This document shows, in pieces, positions 18,136 through 26,674 of a stretch of 64,000 nt of DNA; position 1 is the stretch's first letter; each line of letters starts with the position of its first letter. Under the pieces are notes generated by a model that saw nothing but the letters and a program-made list of their open reading frames with translations, was not told where the DNA came from and did not search any database. A program made the position numbers and the translations under genes. Source of the DNA: Anaerolineales bacterium (GTDB lineage: Bacteria; Chloroflexota; Anaerolineae; Anaerolineales; UBA11579); contig JAHBVB010000002.1 in the NCBI GenBank assembly GCA_019637805.1, forward strand, positions 263,981-327,980, written 5' to 3'.

Positions 18136-19416
18136 ATGATCGCTCCCACACCCCAACCATTCGTTCTGGGCGCCAATTACTGGCCGCGGCGCAAAGCCAT
18201 GTATTGGTGGAGCCAGTTTGACGCAGCAGAAGTACGGGAAGAATTCGCCCTGATGCGCGCCATCGGCTTGAGCGTAGTGCGCATCTTCCTGCTGTGGGAT
18301 GACTTCCAGCCCCAGCCAGACCAAGTCTCCCCCACGGCCCTGCAAGACCTGGAGACGGTCTGCACGATCGCTGCCGAGCACGGCCTCAAGCTGGACATCA
18401 CGTTCTTTACCGGCCATATGAGCGGGCCCAACTGGGCGCCGCGCTGGCTGTTGGGCGGCGAGCTGCCTCATCTGGACTGGATTCGCCAGGTGGTCAGTCG
18501 CGGACAGCTCAGTGACCAGGGCTACCGCAACCCATTCCATGACCCGCTGGCGCTTGACGCCGCCCGTCTTTTGCTGCGCACGGTGGTGACGCGCCTCAAG
18601 CATCACCCGGCGGTGTGGATGTGGAACCTGGGCAATGAGCCAGACCTGTTTGCCTGGCCCAACTCTGCTGCCGAAGGGCGTGCCTGGGCGCGCCAAATGA
18701 CCGATCTGATCCATGAGATCGACCCGCTGCACCCGGTCACCCTGGGCCTGCACAGCGGCAGCCTGCACGACCGCAATGGGCTGATGATCAGCGACATTTA
18801 CGCAGAAACCGACGTGGCCGTGATGCATTCCTACCCCATGTATGTGGACTGGTCGCGCCAGCCGCTGGACCCCGACTTTGTGCCCTACACTTGTGCGATC
18901 ACCGCCGCCCTGTGCGGCAAGCCGGTGTTGATGGAAGAAATTGGCGGCTGCACCACGCCGCCCGGAGAGCCATCCCAGTACTGGGAATGGGAGGCGCTGG
19001 GCCAGCAGTACAAGCGCTTCATGGCTTCGGAGGAAGACCTGGCCGACTACCTGCGCCTAGTGCTGCCCAAGCTGCAGCAAGTCGGCGCAACCGGCGCGGT
19101 GCTGTGGTGTTTTGCGGACTATATGGAGGCGCTCTGGGACCGGCCGCCTTGCGATGCCCAGCGCCACGAGCGCTTTTTTGGCCTGGTGCGCCCGGACGGC
19201 AGCCTCAAGCCGCACGCCGAGGTGATCAAACAGTTTGCGGAAACCCAGCCCATCGTTCAGCCTATCCCGGCTTGGGCGCAGCTGCAGGTGGACCCGGCAG
19301 AATTCAATCGTGACCCCAATGCGGGTGTGCGCAGGCATTACCCCGAGTATCTCGCCGCACTGCAGCGCTCCGAGGCGCAGCAATCCGACTCAAAAAACAT
19401 TGAGAGCAAACAATAA
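18136..19416 (+). CDS. cytoplasmic GH5-like (clan GH-A) glycoside hydrolase
   Basis: 'VRIFLLWDDFQP', 'WNLGNEPD' (acid/base) and 'VLMEEIG' (nucleophile). No signal peptide. Confidence 0.7.
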   Translation: MIAPTPQPFVLGANYWPRRKAMYWWSQFDAAEVREEFALMRAIGLSVVRIFLLWDDFQPQPDQVSPTALQDLETVCTIAAEHGLKLDITFFTGHMSGPNWAPRWLLGGELPHLDWIRQVVSRGQLSDQGYRNPFHDPLALDAARLLLRTVVTRLKHHPAVWMWNLGNEPDLFAWPNSAAEGRAWARQMTDLIHEIDPLHPVTLGLHSGSLHDRNGLMISDIYAETDVAVMHSYPMYVDWSRQPLDPDFVPYTCAITAALCGKPVLMEEIGGCTTPPGEPSQYWEWEALGQQYKRFMASEEDLADYLRLVLPKLQQVGATGAVLWCFADYMEALWDRPPCDAQRHERFFGLVRPDGSLKPHAEVIKQFAETQPIVQPIPAWAQLQVDPAEFNRDPNAGVRRHYPEYLAALQRSEAQQSDSKNIESKQ

Positions 19417-19431
19417 AGGACTTTTGAGGAC

Positions 19432-21237
19432 ATGCAATCGATAGACAAGAACGTGAATATTGCCGAGCGGATGGAAGACCTGCTGGCCCAAATGACCCTG
19501 GCCGAGAAGATCGGCCAGATGACCTTGGTGGAGAAGAACAGCATTTCTCCCAAGGAAGTGACCAGCTATTTCATTGGCGGATTGCTCAGCGGCGGCGGCG
19601 GTTTTCCCGCCCAAAACACGGCCGAGGGTTGGCGCGCAATGGTGCAGGGTTTCCAGGAAAGGGCCATAGCCACTCGCCTGGGCATCCCTATGATCTACGG
19701 CGTGGACGCGGTGCACGGCCACAACAACCTGGTGGGCGCCACCATCTTCCCCCACAACATCGGCCTGGGCGCGACGCGTAATGCCGACCTGGTGCGCCGC
19801 ATTGCGCGCGCCACGGCGATGGAACTGGCCGCCACCGGGATCTACTGGAACTATGCCCCAGCGCTGTCCGTACCGCAGGACATTCGCTGGGGCCGTACCT
19901 TTGAAGGCTTTAGTGAGCGCACCGACCTGGTGACCGAGCTGAGCGTCGCCTATCTGGAGGGTTTGCAAAACCCAGAGGGCGAACTGAACCTGGCCGCCCC
20001 CAGCGCGGTGCTGGGTACGCCCAAGCATTTCGTGGGCGACGGCGGCACTTCCTTCGGGTCTTCCACCACCTTCATTGAAGTCCAATACCTCTTGGACCAG
20101 GGCATCACCGATGTGGACGAGGCTACCCTGCGCACTGTGCACCTGGCGCCGTACCTGGATGCACTCAAGGCCGGGGCGCGTTCCATCATGGCTTCGTTCT
20201 CCAGTTGGGGCGGCATGAAGGTGCACGCCAACCGCTACCTGCTGACCGAATTGCTCAAGGAAGAGCTGGGTTTTGACGGGTTTATCGTCACGGACTGGGA
20301 AGCCGTTAACCAGATCTCACCCGACTATTACAAGGCAGTCGTCACTTCGGTCAATGCCGGCATCGACATGAATATGGTGCCCTTTGATTTCAAGAAGTTC
20401 ATCTTCAGCCTGACCCAGGCGGTGGAGAAGGGCGACGTTTCGCTGGAGCGCATTGACGATGCCGTGCGCCGCATCCTGCGCGTCAAGCTGGAAATGGGCC
20501 TCTTCGAGCGCGGCGCCGCTGATTCGGCGCTGCTGCGCCAGGTCGGTTCGCCGGAGCACCGTGCGCTGGCCCGCGAGGCCGTCGCCCAGTCCGCCGTCCT
20601 GCTCAAGAACGAAGGCGGCCTGCTGCCGCTGAGCAAGGACACACCGGTCATCTTCCTGGCCGGGGAGGCCAACAACATCGGCCTGCAGTCTGGCGGCTGG
20701 ACGGTGGAATGGCAAGGGAAGCCCGGCCCGATCACCCCCGGAACCACCATCCTGGATGGCATGCAGGATGGCGAGGCCACCGACAGCGAGATCATCTTCG
20801 ACCGCTTCGGCAACTTTGACGACCAGCGCACGCCGGACGGGCAGCTGCTGCAGGCGGACGTGGCCGTGGTGGTGTTGGCCGAATTCCCCTATGCGGAGGG
20901 GCGCGGCGACCGCGTCTCGCTCGAACTGCCCGAGGCCGACCAGGCTTTGGTGGCCCGCGTGCGCGCCCGCGCCAAAAAGCTGGTCGTGATCCTGCTCTCG
21001 GGGCGGCCGCTGATCATCACCGACGTGATTGACCGCGCCGACGCCTTTGTGGCCGCCTTTTGGCCGGGTACCGAGGGCGCCGGCATCGTGGACGTGCTCT
21101 TTGGCGACAAGCCTTTCACGGGCAAGCTGTCCTACACCTGGCCGCGCGACATGCAGCAGATCCCGCTCAACGGCGGCAAAGCGCGCGAGCCGCTCTTCCC
21201 CTTTGGGCACGGCCTGACTACCAAAGCCAACGCTTAA
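19432..21237 (+). CDS. glycoside hydrolase family 3 beta-glucosidase
   Basis: 'LAEKIGQMT', 'GVDAVHGHNN' and 'GFDGFIVTDWEA' (nucleophile Asp). Confidence 0.9.
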   Translation: MQSIDKNVNIAERMEDLLAQMTLAEKIGQMTLVEKNSISPKEVTSYFIGGLLSGGGGFPAQNTAEGWRAMVQGFQERAIATRLGIPMIYGVDAVHGHNNLVGATIFPHNIGLGATRNADLVRRIARATAMELAATGIYWNYAPALSVPQDIRWGRTFEGFSERTDLVTELSVAYLEGLQNPEGELNLAAPSAVLGTPKHFVGDGGTSFGSSTTFIEVQYLLDQGITDVDEATLRTVHLAPYLDALKAGARSIMASFSSWGGMKVHANRYLLTELLKEELGFDGFIVTDWEAVNQISPDYYKAVVTSVNAGIDMNMVPFDFKKFIFSLTQAVEKGDVSLERIDDAVRRILRVKLEMGLFERGAADSALLRQVGSPEHRALAREAVAQSAVLLKNEGGLLPLSKDTPVIFLAGEANNIGLQSGGWTVEWQGKPGPITPGTTILDGMQDGEATDSEIIFDRFGNFDDQRTPDGQLLQADVAVVVLAEFPYAEGRGDRVSLELPEADQALVARVRARAKKLVVILLSGRPLIITDVIDRADAFVAAFWPGTEGAGIVDVLFGDKPFTGKLSYTWPRDMQQIPLNGGKAREPLFPFGHGLTTKANA

Positions 21238-21248
21238 AATCAGCAGCG

Positions 21249-21285
21249 CTGCGCCGGATGGAACCCATCCGGCGCAGGTTTTTGT
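21249..21285 (+). terminator. intrinsic terminator after the GH3 gene
   Basis: Stem CTGCGCCGGATGG / CCATCCGGCGCAG followed by GTTTTTG. Confidence 0.8.
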
Positions 21286-21397
21286 TCTGATCAGATTGCC
21301 TATTGAAACTTTAAAAATCAGGCGTATATTGTTTTGTGTTGGAACGTTAACAGTGCATATCTCAGCAGGTTGCCCCCGACCGGGCAGGAGGGCCGTG

Positions 21398-22186
21398 ATG
21401 GCCGAGCACAACGCCTTTTATCAAAAGGTGAATTATTACGATATTGTCTTTGATCGAGATGTGCGTAAAGAAGTGGATTTTCTGTTGGGGGTCTATCACA
21501 AATACGCCGGCCATGCGGCTCAGTCCACCCTGGACGTGGCTTGCGGCCCGGCTTACCATGCCCGCGAGGTGGCCCGCCGCGGCCTGCGCTCCGTAGGCAT
21601 TGACCTGCGCCCTGAAATGGTGGAGTATGCCCGCCAGCGCGCCGAGGCCGATGGCTTACAGCTGGAATTGCGCAGCGCCGACATGCGGCGCTTCCGCCTC
21701 AAGCAGCCGGTGGACCTGGCCTTCATCGTCTTTGACGGTATTGATGCCCTGGTGGAGAACCGTGACCTGGTCTCGCATTTCCAGGCGATGGCCGCCAACC
21801 TCACCAGCCGCGGTGTCTACATTATTGACGTCAGCCACCCGCGCCACACCTCGCTGACCCATTACGGCAAGTTTCACTATCACGGCCAGCGCGGCGGCAC
21901 CTCGGTGGACATCCGCTGGGCGACCAACAAACCCCATGTGGATCTGCTCACCGGCATTGCCGACACGGAGATCGAGATCCGCGTCAAAGAGAAAGGCAAG
22001 CAGCCCGCCGTGATCAAGGACAAGGCGCGCGAACGCATTCTCTCCGCGCAAGAGATCACGCTGCTGGCCCAGCTCAGCAAGCGCTTGTCCGTGGTGGGCT
22101 GGTACGGCGACTATAATTTGAAGCAACCTTTGGATGACACCGATGCCTCGCAACGCATGATCGCGGTGCTGCAACGCAATGACTGA
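21398..22186 (+). CDS. class I SAM-dependent methyltransferase
   Basis: Motif I 'TLDVACGPAYHAREVARRG...GIDL'. AGGAGG lies 6 nt upstream of ATG 21398. Confidence 0.8.
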   Translation: MAEHNAFYQKVNYYDIVFDRDVRKEVDFLLGVYHKYAGHAAQSTLDVACGPAYHAREVARRGLRSVGIDLRPEMVEYARQRAEADGLQLELRSADMRRFRLKQPVDLAFIVFDGIDALVENRDLVSHFQAMAANLTSRGVYIIDVSHPRHTSLTHYGKFHYHGQRGGTSVDIRWATNKPHVDLLTGIADTEIEIRVKEKGKQPAVIKDKARERILSAQEITLLAQLSKRLSVVGWYGDYNLKQPLDDTDASQRMIAVLQRND

Positions 22187-22706
22187 TATACAAAAACAAA
22201 GCGCAACCAACTCCTGGCTTTCCGACAAACTGGAGATTCGCACCGACGAGACGATCGAGGGACGCGGCATGTTCGCCCTGCGACCCATCCAGCGTGGGGA
22301 GCGGGTGGCGGTTTGGGGTGGTGACGTGGTTACGCGGGCCTTCTTTGAGGCCCTGCAGCCGCACCAGCAGTCGCAGAGCGCTCAAGTGGAGGAAGACCTT
22401 TATCTGGTCTCCAGCAAACCCGGCTCAGGTGACTTCATCAACCACTCCTGCGACCCCAACGCCGGGTTGGAAGGGCAGATCGTGATCGTCGCCCTGCGAG
22501 ACATCGTACCGGGCGAGGAAGTCACCATCGATTACGCCATGTGCGATGGCGACCCCCGGGACTGGTTTGACTGCCTGTGCGGTTCCGCCGCCTGCCGCGG
22601 CCGCGTGACTGGCAATGATTGGAAGCTGCCGCAACTGCAACAGCGCTATGCAGGGCGCTTCTCGCCCTTTTTGCAGAAACGCATTCAAGCTCAGAAAGAA
22701 GGATAG
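22179..22706 (+). CDS. SET domain-containing protein (putative protein lysine methyltransferase)
   Basis: 'NHSCDPN', 'EEVTIDY' and the post-SET Cys cluster 'CLCGSAACRG'. The start overlaps the upstream methyltransferase gene by 8 nt. Confidence 0.8.
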   Translation: MTDIQKQSATNSWLSDKLEIRTDETIEGRGMFALRPIQRGERVAVWGGDVVTRAFFEALQPHQQSQSAQVEEDLYLVSSKPGSGDFINHSCDPNAGLEGQIVIVALRDIVPGEEVTIDYAMCDGDPRDWFDCLCGSAACRGRVTGNDWKLPQLQQRYAGRFSPFLQKRIQAQKEG

Positions 22707-22715
22707 GAGACAAAT

Positions 22716-23084
22716 ATGCTGCAAGAATTTCGTGATTTCGCCATGCGTGGCAACGCCATTGACCTGGCGATTGGTTTGGTGATCGGCTCTTCATTCACTT
22801 CGATCGTGGACACGCTAGTCAACGGCATCCTCATGCCGCCCATCGGCCTGCTGTTGGGCGGCGCCGACTTCAAGGACCTGTTCCTGGTGCTGAAGCCCGG
22901 CGAGGTGGCCGGGCCGTACGTCAATTTGGAAGCCGCTCAACAGGCGGGGGCCGTCACCGTTAACTATGGCGAACTGGTCACCGTCATCATTCACTTCGTC
23001 ATCGTGGCGTTTGCTATGTTCCTGGTGGTCAAAGCCTTCAATCGCCTACACAAGGGCAGCACGGTGAGCGGCAAAGCCGGCTAG
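22716..23084 (+). CDS. mscL: large-conductance mechanosensitive channel
   Basis: 'MLQEFRDFAMRGNAIDLAIGLVIGSSFTSIVDTLVNGILMPPIG' is a canonical MscL N-terminus. Confidence 0.92.
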   Translation: MLQEFRDFAMRGNAIDLAIGLVIGSSFTSIVDTLVNGILMPPIGLLLGGADFKDLFLVLKPGEVAGPYVNLEAAQQAGAVTVNYGELVTVIIHFVIVAFAMFLVVKAFNRLHKGSTVSGKAG

Positions 23085-23139
23085 CGGCTGGTACCCATGG
23101 GGGAAGGTTCGCCGGCGGGCAATCCGCTATAATCCCCGC

Positions 23140-23670
23140 ATGGTGGTTGGGATGCGAAATTTTTTGAAAAAAGTCTCTTCTGGACAGGGAACCCTGGAGT
23201 TCGCTCTGGTGATCCCCGTCCTGCTCTTGGTGATCTTCGCCATTTTTGAAGGAGCGCGGGCGGTCTTCATTTACCAATCCATCTCCACCGCCAGCCGTGA
23301 AGCGGCGCGCCTGGGCTCTTCAACTCAGTACTACTTGAACTGCACTGCCATTCGTGACAAGGCTTTGGAGTACGCTGGCGTGGCCAGAAGCACCGCCGGC
23401 GACATCGATATCTATTACGTGCGCGACGATTTGAGCAAAATTGGCGATTGCGGTTCGGTGACTGCAGCCCAGATCGAGACAGGCCACCGCATTGTGGTGG
23501 AAGTCACTGGGTACTTTGACCCGGCCGCCGCCATCCCGCTGATGCGCATTCCGCAAATGACCTTTAACTCCACCACGCGCCGCACCATTCTGAAAAGCGT
23601 GGAAGTCGGCCAAACTCTGCCAGCAGGCACAGAACTTGCTCAGCTGTATGAAGTGAGTGCCCTGCGCTGA
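23140..23670 (+). CDS. TadE/TadG-like pseudopilin
   Basis: 'GQGTLEFALVIPVLLLVIFAIFEGARA' is a TadE N-terminal motif. ATG 23152 is an alternative start. TATAAT at 23128-23133 lies just upstream. Confidence 0.75.
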   Translation: MVVGMRNFLKKVSSGQGTLEFALVIPVLLLVIFAIFEGARAVFIYQSISTASREAARLGSSTQYYLNCTAIRDKALEYAGVARSTAGDIDIYYVRDDLSKIGDCGSVTAAQIETGHRIVVEVTGYFDPAAAIPLMRIPQMTFNSTTRRTILKSVEVGQTLPAGTELAQLYEVSALR

Positions 23671-24095
23671 TGAAACAGCATCCTGCCTCCTCCCATCGCC
23701 GCTCTGAGCGCGGCCAGAGCCTGGTGGAATTCGCCATCACCTTCCTGGTCCTGGTGCTCATTTTGTCGGTCGTGGTAGATGTTGGCCGCTTGTATTTCGC
23801 CTCCGTCGCCGTGCGCGAAGCGGCAGAGGAGGGTGCTCTGTATGGTTCCACCGGAGCGTTTAGCGGCATCGAGACGCGCGTGCGCCAGTCCTCCACCAGT
23901 CCGATAGACATGATGGACGTTAGCAGGATCCAGGTCAGCCATTCCCCCACCACCCCCTGCGTTGGGCAGAGCCTGACCGTCACCGTCACGTATCAGTTCG
24001 AATTTGTGATGCCGCTGATTGCGCCTATAATTGGCAGCACTATTCTGCCTTTGTCGCATAGCGCCGTCACTACGGTGCTGCAATCGAGTTGCTGA
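23670..24095 (+). CDS. TadE-like pseudopilin
   Basis: 'ERGQSLVEFAITFLVLVLILSVVVDVGR'. The start overlaps the upstream stop (TGATG). Confidence 0.75.
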   Translation: MKQHPASSHRRSERGQSLVEFAITFLVLVLILSVVVDVGRLYFASVAVREAAEEGALYGSTGAFSGIETRVRQSSTSPIDMMDVSRIQVSHSPTTPCVGQSLTVTVTYQFEFVMPLIAPIIGSTILPLSHSAVTTVLQSSC

Positions 24096-24101
24096 GGCCT
24101 T

Positions 24102-24686
24102 ATGCCCAAATCCAAAATCATCTTCCGCGTCGCCCTGTTTGCTCTGCCAGTCGTGGTGTTCTTGTTCAGCGCCATCCCTGCCTCGGCGTTTCAACGCGTG
24201 GAGCGCCGCGAAGTTGAGCTCTTTTTCGACCGGGATTACGATGTCTCCATAGGCAACGGCGGCATTTTCATTGATGACTCCAAGTATCGCGGCACGCTGG
24301 TGCTGCGCGCTGAAGAATTTCCTGACGATCGGCCGGATTCCTGGCACAAGTTCACCCAGCGCATTCTCGATTTTCAGATCTACCGCGAGGATGGTAAGCC
24401 TTTCTTGTGGATGTATGGCTTGGTCCGGGTCTATTTCAATTTGGATAAGATCCAGTACGACAAGTGGAAAGACCAAGAATCGAATATGAGCATTTGGTAC
24501 TTTGACCACTTAGCAGGCGGTTGGCGCAAATGTTTCACCCATTGGCAGCCACAGGCCGGCAACCCTTACGGCCGCTTGTGGTGCGCAGCCGACAGGTATA
24601 CTCGCTACGGTGTGGCCTGGACCCAGCCAACCATCCTGATGAAGATGATCAAGCTGGGCACCGTGACGGTAACGCCAACGCCCTAA
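24102..24686 (+). CDS. hypothetical secreted protein co-transcribed with the TadE pair
   Basis: Signal peptide 'VALFALPVVVFLFSAIPASA'. Trp/Tyr-rich mature part. No family recognised. Confidence 0.55.
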   Translation: MPKSKIIFRVALFALPVVVFLFSAIPASAFQRVERREVELFFDRDYDVSIGNGGIFIDDSKYRGTLVLRAEEFPDDRPDSWHKFTQRILDFQIYREDGKPFLWMYGLVRVYFNLDKIQYDKWKDQESNMSIWYFDHLAGGWRKCFTHWQPQAGNPYGRLWCAADRYTRYGVAWTQPTILMKMIKLGTVTVTPTP

Positions 24687-24694
24687 ACGCAAAC

Positions 24695-24729
24695 AAAAGA
24701 CCCGGCTTTGATAGCCGGGTCTTTTTTTG
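24695..24729. terminator. bidirectional intrinsic terminator
   Basis: A-rich run, then stem AGACCCGGCT / AGCCGGGTCT, then T7. It lies between convergent genes. Confidence 0.85.
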
Positions 24730-24745
24730 TTGGAGTGTCTCTCGC

Positions 24746-26575
24746 TTACAAGCTTTCGTAGCGGTCTACGTTGGCGCCGATCACTTTCAGGCTGTCTTCC
24801 CAGAACTTCTTCTCACGGATGTTGATGCCGAAGCGCGCCGCCAGTGTGGCCGCGTCGCCTTCGCCGGTGCTGGCCAGCAGGTCCTGATAATCGGCCACGA
24901 AGGCGTCTCCGCGCTGCTGGTAGATGGCGTACAAGCCGGTGCCGAACAGCAGGCCAAAGGCATACGGGTAGTTGTAGAACGAGAAGCCGGCGTAGTAGTA
25001 ATGCGGCTTCCAGGTCCACATGTACTTATGCAGGTACTTGGGGTCCAGGCCGTCGCCGTAGGTTTGCAGCTGGGCGTCTTCCATGATGGCCGAGATCTCG
25101 TCCGCGGATAGTTCCGCCTTGGCTCGGCGCTCGAAGACTTCCTTCTCAAAGATGAAGCGTGAGGTGATGTCCACGATCACTTGGGCGGCGCCTTGCAGGT
25201 TCTGCTCCAGGATGGCCAGTTCTTCGTCTTTGTTCTTGGCCAGCTTCAGCGAGGCCTCAGACACGATCGTCTCGCACATGATCGAGGCGGTTTCGGCCAG
25301 GGTCATCGGCGTCAGTGTGCGCAGGAAGGGCTTGCCCACCAGGCATTCGTTGTGATAGGCGTGGCCCAACTCATGCGCCAGGGTGCTCAACTGGTCCATC
25401 GAGCCGTCGAAATTGGCCAAAATGCGTGATTCGTCCACGCCCGGCACATCCATACAGAATGCGCCGCCGCTCTTGCCTTCGCGCATTTCGGCGTCGATCC
25501 AGTTGTTGTCAAAGGCGCGCTTGGCCAGCCCCTGCAGGTGGTCGGAGAAGGTGCCGAACTGCTCCAGGATGAAGTCGCGCGCCTGCTCGTAAGTGTAGAC
25601 TGTGTCGGTCTTGCCGATCGGCGCGAAGATGTCGTACCAGGGCAGCTGTTCCTTGCCCAGCCGCTTGGCCTTGGCCTTGAAATAGCGCCGAAAGGTGGGG
25701 AAGGAATCGCGCATGGCTTCCATCATGGCTTCCAGCGTCTGGCGGTCAATGCGCGCCGTGTCCAGCGAATCGTGCAGCGCGTCAGTCCGCCCGCGGCGGG
25801 TGTCCAGAGTGAGCACTTCGCCCTTCACGCCGTTCAGGGCCGCAGCGTAAGGTTCCTTGTTTTTCTCCCAGGCGTCCATCTCGGCTTCGTAACCGCGCTT
25901 GCGCGTCTCGCTATCGGGATGGTTGCGCAGGTTGATCAGGGCCGGCATGGGCATCTTCTGGACTTCGCCGTCCAGCTCAAAGTCCACGCTCAGTTGGGAA
26001 GTGGTCGTATTGTGCAGTTTGCCCCAGGCGTTGGCGCCGCTCAGAGTCAGCTCGGCGGCCAGGTCTTCTTCGGCCGGGCTCATCAGGTAGCGGCTCTGCT
26101 CGTACACCTCTTGCAGGAAAAAGGCATGCTCGGCCAGGGTGCCCGGGCGCTTCAGCAGCTCGGGCAGCTTGTCGCCGAAGCCGCTCAGCCAGCCGCGGAA
26201 GGCCACTTCGTGCTTGCGCAGGCGCACGCCTTGCATCTCCAGCTCGGATTCAGCCCGGCGGGCTTCCTGGTTGAACGAGTCGGTCGTGGTGTATGAGGCG
26301 ATGAACGCGCCCAAAGTGCCGTACAGACGCGAAACCTTGTTGCGCTTGTCCACGGCTTCGGTCAGCACGCGGGCCAGATCATCCAGCTCGGTCTGCGCCG
26401 GACCGTTTTCACTCTTTTCAATGCGTTCTTGGCGCACGTAAGCTTCGATCTCGTCGAGCTGGTTCAGCAGGTCCTGGAAAGCCGCTTGGTACTCTTTGCT
26501 CTCCAGGCTGGGGTACACGTTGGTCAGGTCCCAACGCGGCACATTGCCTAAATTCTTGGTTTCACTCGTAGCCAT
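24746..26575 (-). CDS. pepF: oligoendopeptidase F (M3B family)
   Basis: Zinc motif 'HELGHAYH'. Length and overall pattern fit PepF. Confidence 0.88.
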   Translation of the reverse strand: MATSETKNLGNVPRWDLTNVYPSLESKEYQAAFQDLLNQLDEIEAYVRQERIEKSENGPAQTELDDLARVLTEAVDKRNKVSRLYGTLGAFIASYTTTDSFNQEARRAESELEMQGVRLRKHEVAFRGWLSGFGDKLPELLKRPGTLAEHAFFLQEVYEQSRYLMSPAEEDLAAELTLSGANAWGKLHNTTTSQLSVDFELDGEVQKMPMPALINLRNHPDSETRKRGYEAEMDAWEKNKEPYAAALNGVKGEVLTLDTRRGRTDALHDSLDTARIDRQTLEAMMEAMRDSFPTFRRYFKAKAKRLGKEQLPWYDIFAPIGKTDTVYTYEQARDFILEQFGTFSDHLQGLAKRAFDNNWIDAEMREGKSGGAFCMDVPGVDESRILANFDGSMDQLSTLAHELGHAYHNECLVGKPFLRTLTPMTLAETASIMCETIVSEASLKLAKNKDEELAILEQNLQGAAQVIVDITSRFIFEKEVFERRAKAELSADEISAIMEDAQLQTYGDGLDPKYLHKYMWTWKPHYYYAGFSFYNYPYAFGLLFGTGLYAIYQQRGDAFVADYQDLLASTGEGDAATLAARFGINIREKKFWEDSLKVIGANVDRYESL

Positions 26576-26642
26576 CGCACATCCTTTGAAGCTGGCAGGG
26601 ATTTGGGATTGTTGGGGCGTATTGTAACCGCGCTGCCCATTC

Positions 26643-26674
26643 CATAAAAGAAGCCCCTCTAGTCAGAGGGGCTT
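26643..26674 (-). terminator. intrinsic terminator overlapping the 3' end of the MscS-like gene
   Basis: Stem AAGCCCCTCT / AGAGGGGCTT followed, on the minus strand, by CTTTTAT. Confidence 0.6.
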
